Source of the DNA: Candidatus Kaiserbacteria bacterium
Lineage (GTDB): Bacteria; Patescibacteriota; Minisyncoccia; Phycocordibacterales; Phycocordibacteraceae
Direction: 5' to 3'
NCBI GenBank assembly: GCA_963813065.1
Contig: CAWEXP010000009.1
Coordinates: forward strand, 1,931 to 65,930
DNA length: 64,000 nucleotides
Of this stretch, positions 40,332 to 47,982 are shown piece by piece. Both the position numbers and the translations under genes were made by a program. Under the pieces are notes generated by a model. That model saw nothing but the letters and a program-made list of their open reading frames with translations, did not search any database and was not told the DNA's origin. The number at the start of each line of letters is the position of its first letter. Within the stretch, counting starts at the first letter, position 1.

Positions 40332-41395
40332 CCCGCTCGACGGGCTCAATCCGAACACTCGAATTTCATGCGCCTCGGCGCTTTTTTCGTTTCCGTACCG
40401 CAGCTAATGCTTCCGCCGGAGTTTTGTATTGGAGGCATTTCAGTATCCTCCGGTTCAGCTTGTCCTCGAGCTTTTGTATAAATGCCTTTGAATAGCGAGA
40501 AATGTTTGCGCCTTTCGGTATGTCTTTGCGTATGACGCCGTTTGTATTCTCAACCGTTCCTTTCTCCCAGGAGTGATACGGCCGACAGAAATAGATGCGC
40601 ACCCCCAGAAGAGTGGCGAGTGCCTGATGATCTCGGAACAAAATATCGTTGTCAGTGGTGATGGTGCGGAGCTCGGGGAATCTCTGTTGAATGCGGAGGA
40701 ATGCCCGGTGCACGTTCGCCACTGACACATCGAGAATGCGTTCGATGAACGTGACGCGGAGCTTCCGGTCGACCACCACGAGCAGGATGCCTCTGCCAGT
40801 CTTGCCCGAGACAATGAAGTCAGCCTCGACATCTCCGCTCCTCGAACGAGCGTTGATATGCCTGGGCCGTTTGTCGATGAAGGTTCGCTCTGAAAGAGCC
40901 GCGACTCTCGGGTGATACTTTCTTCGTTTCTGCTTTCGCGCGTTCCGATGCGACTCAATTCTCCGGCCATACACGCTTTTGATGAATCGGTACACGCCGT
41001 CTTTCGAGATGGTCGGCAGACGCTTGGCATACTTCCGGACTCTTCCGGCGATGTTCTCGGGCGATTGGTCGTCATACAACAGCTCTTCCACGAGTGAACG
41101 CAGACCCGCATGCCCGACGATCTTCATGCCTTGATACTTCGCGTACTTTCTTCGTGCATACGCCTTGTGTGCAGCCTTCTGTACATCATACAAACCTCGC
41201 ACTCGATTCCTCTTCAACTCTTCCGAGATGCTGGAAACACTGCGGCCAAGAGCTCGAGCAATCGCACGGAGCGAATACTTCTTGCGCTTCAGTATTGAAA
41301 TCTCAGACCGCTCGCTCGTGCTCAGCTGCTTCCAACGTTTCTTTTTTCATGCACGCACAATACCGCGAGTGTTCGGATTCATATGAGAATGCGCG
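40332..41395 (-). mobile_element. IS30-family element, copy 2 (1064 bp)
   Basis: TAC/TAC target duplication (40329-40331, 41396-41398); matches copy 1. Confidence 0.93.
40366..41350 (-). CDS. IS30 transposase (ATG at 41350 is out of frame with the main ORF)
   Basis: Uninterrupted HTH+DDE frame from 41346; same ATG-A6-G start as copy 1. Confidence 0.85.
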
Positions 41396-41728
41396 TACTC
41401 GGTACCCGTGTCGGGGCCCTGGCGATTGACCTGCGTCGCATCATGCGACCCGAAGAAGACCGTGAGCAGATTGGTATAGCTAATCTGGTTGGGGTCGAAC
41501 TCAACTTTGATGACCTCGGCGTGGCCCGTGCGGCCGCTCGCGACCCGTTCGTACGTCGGCGCTTCACTCGTACCGCCCGCGTATCCCGGCTCAACGCTCT
41601 CGATACCTCGCAACATTTTAAAAACAGCTTCTGTGCACCAGAAGCACCCACTCCCGAAAACGGCTGTTTCTGTGTTCATGCACGTATCGTAGCAAATAAA
41701 AAACGGGCCCCGTGGGGCCCGTCGAAGG

Positions 41729-42487
41729 TTATGTGTGGTGAGCATCTGGTAGAGATTGCATAAGATCAGCGAAGGAACCGCCATCTTCTTCATCATTCCA
41801 GTCGAGGAGTGCGGCGGCCGTGAGTTGCATGGCCGTGTCGCTCCCGCCGCGCCGGAAGAGCCACTTCACCGCGTCGGACATCTCAATGCCACTGTCATGG
41901 AAAAGGCATCCGATGCCCTGAAAGAAATGACGATCCAGATAGTCGTCCAGGAGTGGACCACCAACAACCGTTTCGATCTTGTCGAACACGCGTCCTTCGG
42001 CATCGTCTCCGAAGCCAGAGGTGAGTGCATGCCGCACTAATTCGTGGCGCATCTCGAGCGAGGATTTTTCTTCGGCAAAGTCGAGTGCGAATTCAAGCGC
42101 GTCACGCCAGTCCCGCATCAATGCTTCATCGAACGCAACGGCATAAATAATCGCGTCGGCATCGAGTTCGGAGAGATACGACGCGAGCTCGAACGCTTTT
42201 GCATCGTCGCCGCCATCGCCGAACACCTCGTAGAATGCCCGTGCGGCTTCCGAGAGTTTGTCCGGGTTGAAGTCATCGCGCGACCAGTCGCCGACTTCCA
42301 TGACCAGCTCTGTGATGCGCTCCTCGAGCATGGCGAAGTGCGCCTGCATTTCGTCGAAATACGCGGTGTCGCTTTTCGAGAGAGGGCCGGCGATTCGTTC
42401 GAGTCGCTGGCGCTGTACCTCAGTCAGGTGATACCGCTGTTTTGCTTCGGCGAGCACGACGGCGTCGAACATGTTTCTATCGAACAT
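41729..42487 (-). CDS. acidic orphan protein, SD-led
   Basis: 252 aa D/E-rich helical; TATAGT and AAAGGAG upstream; hairpin ~41698-41722. Confidence 0.7.
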   Translation of the reverse strand: MFDRNMFDAVVLAEAKQRYHLTEVQRQRLERIAGPLSKSDTAYFDEMQAHFAMLEERITELVMEVGDWSRDDFNPDKLSEAARAFYEVFGDGGDDAKAFELASYLSELDADAIIYAVAFDEALMRDWRDALEFALDFAEEKSSLEMRHELVRHALTSGFGDDAEGRVFDKIETVVGGPLLDDYLDRHFFQGIGCLFHDSGIEMSDAVKWLFRRGGSDTAMQLTAAALLDWNDEEDGGSFADLMQSLPDAHHT

Positions 42488-42565
42488 CGGGGTCTCCTTT
42501 GGAACCGTTCGTTCTGGGCAGGACTATAGCTCAATACCAGCCGACTGTCATGCTAGACTGGTGGC

Positions 42566-42856
42566 ATGTTTGGCGATCGGCCCCGCGTCACCCCTACCGA
42601 ATGGAAGGAGTACGTCCGACCACATTTGAGCAATCAGGGACTTACCGACCACCAGCTCGACCGGCTCGAGAGTCTGTTCGAGCAGAGTTTCCAGGCCAAT
42701 CCCTCAATTCCCGACTGGAAGCCGGGCATCGACCAGGCCGCGCTGGATCAAACCATGCAGTATCTTCGCGCACACAAGGAGGAATCGCTGTTTGACGATC
42801 ATCAGCTCGACCTCGTGCAGGCTGAGCTCTTGAAGTACATCAGTATTGCGACGTAG
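42566..42856 (+). CDS. hypothetical protein
   Basis: 96 aa; TAGACT 6 nt upstream. Confidence 0.65.
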   Translation: MFGDRPRVTPTEWKEYVRPHLSNQGLTDHQLDRLESLFEQSFQANPSIPDWKPGIDQAALDQTMQYLRAHKEESLFDDHQLDLVQAELLKYISIAT

Positions 42857-43228
42857 TTATTTCTTCTCTTCTTTTTCGAAGTCGAGACAGACCGAATTGA
42901 TGCAGTAACGTTTGCCGCCCTTCTCGCGCGGACCGTCATCGAAGACATGGCCCAGGTGCCCACCACAATTCTTGCAGTAGACTTCGGTGCGCATGCCGTC
43001 GTGGTCGAGGCGCGTGCCGACGTGCGCGGCGACCGCCGGGTCAGTGAATGAAGGCCAGCCCGTGCCAGAATCGAATTTTGCTGAAGAATCGAAAAGTACC
43101 GTACCGCATTGCTTACAGCGATACACGCCCGCCTCATGATTGTCGAGGTATGCGCCCGAGAAGGGCGCCTCCGTCCCGCCCTCGACCAGCACTGCGCGCT
43201 CTTCTGGGGTGAGTTCTTTCATGTCCAA
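42857..43228 (-). CDS. msrB: peptide-methionine (R)-S-oxide reductase
   Basis: GTEAPFSG, KFDSGTGWPSF, HLGHVFDDGP, RYCINS. Confidence 0.97.
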   Translation of the reverse strand: MDMKELTPEERAVLVEGGTEAPFSGAYLDNHEAGVYRCKQCGTVLFDSSAKFDSGTGWPSFTDPAVAAHVGTRLDHDGMRTEVYCKNCGGHLGHVFDDGPREKGGKRYCINSVCLDFEKEEKK

Positions 43229-43273
43229 ATTATATCATTTGCGCCTTAAGCGCTCGGCGGGTAGGATAGAGGT

Positions 43274-43708
43274 ATGAAACGAATTGGTGTGGTGCTGATA
43301 CTCGTGTGCGCATTCCTCGGGCTCGCCGATTCTGTCTATCTCACCCAGAACGAAGTCGCGGGGACGCCGCTGCTCTGCAATATCCAACATCTCACCGGCT
43401 GTAACATCGTCGCGCAGAGTGCCTATTCTTATATGTTCGGCGTTCCGACCGCCGAGTACGGACTTATCTTCTACGGTCTGCTCTTCGTGCTCGCGGCCGT
43501 GGAGTTGGCCGTCTTCAACTGGCTCTTGCGTCGTGTTCTGCAGGTGATGGCGATTGGCGGCGTCACCTTCTCGCTCTACAGCGTTCTCCTGCAATTTTTC
43601 GTCATTCACGCACTCTGTATCTACTGCCTCGCCTCGGCCGTACTCGCGCTTCTCGTTTTCATTTTCGCCTGCTTCATCGAGCCGCTCCCTCCGCCACAGC
43701 GAACCTAG
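43274..43708 (+). CDS. vitamin K epoxide reductase family
   Basis: C..GCNIVAQSAYS..FGVP; LCIYC. Confidence 0.9.
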   Translation: MKRIGVVLILVCAFLGLADSVYLTQNEVAGTPLLCNIQHLTGCNIVAQSAYSYMFGVPTAEYGLIFYGLLFVLAAVELAVFNWLLRRVLQVMAIGGVTFSLYSVLLQFFVIHALCIYCLASAVLALLVFIFACFIEPLPPPQRT

Positions 43709-43710
43709 CC

Positions 43711-44880
43711 ATGCGCCTTTCATTACTCATCCTACTCGCCGCGCTTGCACTGCCGGGGAGCGCTTTTGCGGCGACTGCGCACGAGGCGACCTTCCTCGCG
43801 GGGCGTTCGCTCTTCATCGCGAGCTCGTCGCCCGCAAATGAATACCTTGCAGGCGCGACCATCACCGTCACGGGAGCAACCAAGGGTGATCTCACTGCGC
43901 TCGGTGGCACCAACACCATCGCCGCGCCGGTCGGTGGTGACCTGCTCGTGCTCGGCGGCTCCGCAACACTCCGTTCAACAGTCGCGGGTGATGTGCGCGC
44001 AATTGCGGGTACATTCTCTGCCGAGCAATCAATCGCGGGCGACCTGGTGGTGCTCGCGGGTTCGGTGCAGGCGGCGGGGCACGTTGGCGGGAGTATCTTC
44101 ATCGCCGGCTCAACCGTGTCGCTCACGGGCGGCGCAGGAGGGCCAGTGACCATTTACGGCAATACCGTCACGCTCGGTGGAACTTTTGCTGGTGATGTCA
44201 CCATCGTTTCGAGTGGTGCAGTCTCGCTCGAGTCCGGCACGCACATCAAGGGCAATTTCTCGTACTCAGCATCAGAGGCGGCGCAGGTGCCTGCTGATGC
44301 GACGATTAGTGGAACGATTACCTACCAGGGCTCCTCGAATCTCCCGACTTCGAGCGAGGCCCATGCGCTGGCGCTCGCGAGTGTCGGCGTTTTCCTCCTC
44401 ACCCGCATCATCGCGTCGCTCATTCTCGCGGGTCTCTTGGCCGGCCTCTTCCCGCGACTCGCGATTGACCTCACGCGCCGCGCCGCGCGGGGCAGTGCGC
44501 GTTCGATTCTCCTCACCACGCTCCTCGGCTTTGCCGTACTCGTCGCAACACCCGCGCTGATCCTCCTGTTCTCGATCAGTTTCGTCGGATTCGGCGTCGC
44601 ACTTCTCGTGCTCATTGTCTACGCACTCCTCGTTCTTTTGGCACTAGTCTACGCCGGCATACTGATTGGTGCGCTCGGTGCGTGGCGCTTCGCACGTCGC
44701 GAGACGGTCATCTGGCGTGACGGTGTCCTCGGGATGCTCGTGCTTTCGCTCCTCCTCCTCATCCCCATTCTGGGTGTTGTCCTCCTCGCATTCCTCGCAA
44801 CCTTCGCGGCCGGGGCACTCGTCCTACAATTTTTCCACGTCGCTTTTCCCCAAGAACCAGAAACGGCCGAATTGCTATAA
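43711..44880 (+). CDS. bactofilin-like beta-repeat membrane protein
   Basis: Signal, repeated V.GDL...GG units, C-terminal TM helices. Confidence 0.7.
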   Translation: MRLSLLILLAALALPGSAFAATAHEATFLAGRSLFIASSSPANEYLAGATITVTGATKGDLTALGGTNTIAAPVGGDLLVLGGSATLRSTVAGDVRAIAGTFSAEQSIAGDLVVLAGSVQAAGHVGGSIFIAGSTVSLTGGAGGPVTIYGNTVTLGGTFAGDVTIVSSGAVSLESGTHIKGNFSYSASEAAQVPADATISGTITYQGSSNLPTSSEAHALALASVGVFLLTRIIASLILAGLLAGLFPRLAIDLTRRAARGSARSILLTTLLGFAVLVATPALILLFSISFVGFGVALLVLIVYALLVLLALVYAGILIGALGAWRFARRETVIWRDGVLGMLVLSLLLLIPILGVVLLAFLATFAAGALVLQFFHVAFPQEPETAELL

Positions 44881-44887
44881 TTCCACT

Positions 44888-45358
44888 ATGACTATTCCAT
44901 CCGTTGGTACCGCCGCTCCTGCGTTTACGCTCCCTGACCAGGATGGCAAAGAGCACACGCTTGCCGATTATCGGGGAAAATGGGTTTTGCTCTATTTCTA
45001 CCCCAAGGACGATACTCCTGGTTGCACCATAGAAGCCTGCACCATCCGTGATCAGTTCAAAGATTTCAAAACGATTGGCGCGGTCGTGCTCGGCGTCTCG
45101 ACTGACTCGGTCGCGAGCCACAAGAAGTTCGCGAGCGCCTACGAGCTCCCCTTCACTCTCCTCGCAGACGTACACAAAGAAGTCGTGGGGAAGTACGGCG
45201 TCTTCGGCGAGAAGAAGTTTATGGGCCGCACCTACATGGGCACCGCACGCACGTCATTTCTGATTGATCCCAAAGGCACCGTCGCAAAAGTGTACGAGCA
45301 CGTGAAGCCGGAGAAACACGCCGCCGAGGTCATTGCGGATTTGAAAGCATTGTCATGA
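44888..45358 (+). CDS. bcp: peroxiredoxin BCP
   Basis: LYFYPKDDTPGCTIEAC. Confidence 0.95.
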   Translation: MTIPSVGTAAPAFTLPDQDGKEHTLADYRGKWVLLYFYPKDDTPGCTIEACTIRDQFKDFKTIGAVVLGVSTDSVASHKKFASAYELPFTLLADVHKEVVGKYGVFGEKKFMGRTYMGTARTSFLIDPKGTVAKVYEHVKPEKHAAEVIADLKALS

Positions 45359-46020
45359 CGCTATCGCTCGCAGAGCGGAAAGCACGCCCTACTTCGCTAA
45401 AGCTACGTAGGGCAAGGGCGAAGAAAATTGTCGCATACCTGAAGAAGACGTACCCGGTGCCCAAGAGCGAATTGCGGTACTCGACGCCCCTGCAATTCCT
45501 CGTGGCGGTGATGCTCTCGGCGCAATGTACCGACAAGACGGTGAATCGCGTCACGGAAAAACTCTGGAAGAAATACAAAACGGCGAAAGACTTTGCAAAG
45601 GCCAAGCCCGCTGTTTTCCAGAAAGAAATTTCGAGTATCACTTTTTTCCGCAACAAGACGAAAGCGATTATCAGTACCGCCAAAATCATTCAAAATGATT
45701 TTGGCGGTACGGTTCCACATACTGAAGCCGAGCTCGTCACTCTGCCTGGTGTCGGCTACAAGACCGCGCACGTCGTGCTCGGCGAGCTCTATGGCATCTG
45801 GGAGGGCATCGCGACCGACACGCACGTCAAGCGATTCGCGAAACGTTTTGACCTAACCGACAACGACGACCTTAAAAAGATTTCCAAAGACTTGGAGGTG
45901 CTTATACCGAAAAAAGACTGGAAATACGTCAACAACGGCCTTGTCCTCTACGGCCGCTACGTCTGTCCGGCCCGCCCGCATGATTGCTCTAGGCATCCGC
46001 TGACGCTGGCGGTACGATAG
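45355..46020 (+). CDS. nth: endonuclease III
   Basis: LSAQCTDKTVN, LPGVGYKTA, DTHVKR; Fe-S motif degenerate (CPARPHDC..H). Confidence 0.93.
   Translation: MTLSLAERKARPTSLKLRRARAKKIVAYLKKTYPVPKSELRYSTPLQFLVAVMLSAQCTDKTVNRVTEKLWKKYKTAKDFAKAKPAVFQKEISSITFFRNKTKAIISTAKIIQNDFGGTVPHTEAELVTLPGVGYKTAHVVLGELYGIWEGIATDTHVKRFAKRFDLTDNDDLKKISKDLEVLIPKKDWKYVNNGLVLYGRYVCPARPHDCSRHPLTLAVR
45387..45414. repeat. 28-bp palindromic element inside nth
   Basis: CCCTACTTCGCTAAAGCTACGTAGGGCA, identical to 62675..62702. Confidence 0.85.
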
Positions 46021-46024
46021 CGGC

Positions 46025-46709
46025 ATGCAAAAGGTCGCCGTATTCGACATCGACGGAACCGTCTTCCGCTCCTCGCTTCTGATTGAACTGGTCGAGCGGC
46101 TGGTGAAAGAAGGTGTGTTCCCACCCGAGACGCGTGCCGCGTATGAGGTCGAGCGCGTGCGTTGGCTCGACCGGAAGGGCGACTACCCGAGCTATATCAA
46201 TAAGGTCGTACAAGTTTTTGCAAAACAACTGAAAGGCGTGCCCTACGAGACGGTCGCGGACATTGCGGGCGAGGTGATTGAAGAGCAGAAGGACCGCGTC
46301 TATCGCTACACCCGCGACCTGATTCGCGAAGTGAAAAAGAAAAAATATTTCCTGCTCGCCATCTCGCACTCGCCCAAGTTTATTGCCGATGGCTTCTGTC
46401 ACGAGCAAGGGTTCGACAAGGTCTACGGCACCTTCTACTCGACCGGCCCCTCGGGCAACTTCACCGGCCTGATGGAGGATGAAGCGTTAATAAAAAATAA
46501 AGCGGCGGTACTCACGCGCGCGGTGCGGAAGGAGAGCCTGACACTCGAAGGCTCGATTGGCGTTGGTGACACCGAGAGCGACATCGGTATGCTCGATCTC
46601 GTCGAGCGTCCGATTTGTTTCAATCCGAATCAAGAACTCTACACGCATGCGAAGTCGTCGCGGATGGGAAGTGGTGGTGGAACGAAAAGATGTTATCTAC
46701 CAAATCTGA
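46025..46709 (+). CDS. HAD-IB hydrolase (indel near 3' end)
   Basis: FDIDGT, ISHS, K, GDTESD; true end GWEVVVERKDVIYQI. Confidence 0.88.
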
Positions 46710-47685
46710 GAAGCTGCGGCATATTTCTCGAAGGGTACGCGATTTTTCTGCTGAAAAATCGCTCAGTCCTCGTGCCAGTCGCACTGCGGAGCCCCTTCTC
46801 GCAACATGCCGCACCTTCTCGAACACTGTCTGGAGATTTTGGCGCGCACAGGGCCGTCATGATTTGCCGTGGAGGAAGACCAAAGACCCGTACCGAATTC
46901 TGGTGTCAGAAGTGATGCTCCAACAGACCCAAGTCGAGCGCGTGGTGCCGTTTTATCACCATTTCATAAAACAGTTCCCGACGGCGAAAAAGTTGGCGCG
47001 AGCACCGCTCGCAGATGTGTTGAAAAGTTGGCAAGGGCTCGGTTACAATCGTCGCGCGAAGATGTTGCACGAGGCGGCGCAAGAATTATCGAGGTTAAAC
47101 CTCGATATAACAAGGTCGAACCTTGTTGCGACGCTGGAAAAATTGCCTGGGGTAGGGCCGTACACGGCGCGCGCGGTGGCGGCGTTTGCCTACAATCAGG
47201 ACGTCGTTTTTGTTGAGACGAATATCCGGACGGCGATTTTGCACCATTTTTTTCCACGCGAGGCAGAAATGTCCCCGGCTCAGGGTGCTCCGGCCGCTAG
47301 GCCAATTCAACCCTTCGCCAAGGACATTTTTGCCTCGCGCGTTGACGACGCGCAGATTTCAACAGTCCTCGAAAAACTTTTGCCGAAAGGGAAGTCGCGC
47401 GAATGGTACAGCGCGCTGATGGACTATGGTGCACATTTAAAAAAGTCCGGTATACAAGTAAATGCAAAAAGTTCGCATTATATAAAACAATCGCGGTTTT
47501 CTGGCTCGAAGAGGGAAGCGCGTGGCGCGATCTTGAAGGAGCTGGCGCATGGCTCGCGGAGTGAGTCGCGCGTACTCGGGCTTCTCGGCCCCGACCGCGT
47601 CCCGCAGATGAGAGAAGCGCTCGCGGCGCTCCTCGCCGAGCAGTTGGTACAAAAAAACGGCAAGGTCTTCACCTTGCCGCGTTGA
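46690..47685 (+). CDS. mutY: A/G-specific adenine glycosylase, HhH-GPD (short MutY-like)
   Basis: DLPWR..DPYRILVSEVMLQQTQV, WQGLGYNRRA, LPGVGPYTA, ALMDYGA. Confidence 0.85.
   Translation: MLSTKSEKLRHISRRVRDFSAEKSLSPRASRTAEPLLATCRTFSNTVWRFWRAQGRHDLPWRKTKDPYRILVSEVMLQQTQVERVVPFYHHFIKQFPTAKKLARAPLADVLKSWQGLGYNRRAKMLHEAAQELSRLNLDITRSNLVATLEKLPGVGPYTARAVAAFAYNQDVVFVETNIRTAILHHFFPREAEMSPAQGAPAARPIQPFAKDIFASRVDDAQISTVLEKLLPKGKSREWYSALMDYGAHLKKSGIQVNAKSSHYIKQSRFSGSKREARGAILKELAHGSRSESRVLGLLGPDRVPQMREALAALLAEQLVQKNGKVFTLPR
46715..46813. repeat. ~100-nt structured repeat, copy 2 (in mutY frame)
   Basis: Homologous to 36041..36141. Confidence 0.8.
47257..47339. repeat. 83-nt hairpin insert inside mutY
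   Basis: CGCGAGGCAGAAATGTCC...GGACATTTTTGCCTCGCG (17/18 Watson-Crick). Confidence 0.7.
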
Positions 47686-47866
47686 CCGCTTTTGCGCGCA
47701 GTCCTTTCGTCCGATGCATACGGATGAATGCGCGCGATTTGAACGGTGCTGGTTTCGAGCCGTGTCCGCCACAGTCGGTACGTTTCTTGAACCATGTTTT
47801 GACTGGTGTGCCAGGAACGGGCCGAAGCAAGGTTCCCGATCCAGTACAACGCTTGCAGATTGCCAT
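47669..47866 (-). CDS. small basic protein with DnaJ-type CxxCxGxG-like motifs
   Basis: CKRCTGSG..RTDCGGHG; GAGGG upstream. Confidence 0.45.
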   Translation of the reverse strand: MAICKRCTGSGTLLRPVPGTPVKTWFKKRTDCGGHGSKPAPFKSRAFIRMHRTKGLRAKAVNAAR

Positions 47867-47982
47867 CGTTCCCTCACGAATTTTTACCTCGCCTTCTCTT
47901 ATTAGATTACCATTTTATACATAAATCACAACCCCCGCGGCTCTGCCACGGGGGTTGTGTTCGATTTTTAATTTCTTTTCAT

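Larger units (their letters stand above)
40067..41679 (-). pseudogene. msrA: peptide-methionine (S)-S-oxide reductase interrupted by IS30
   Basis: GCFWC..GYAGG..GHAEV..NRQGPDTGTE|IS|YRS..FYPAEAYHRDFY; intact frame after removing IS and one TSD. Confidence 0.93.
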
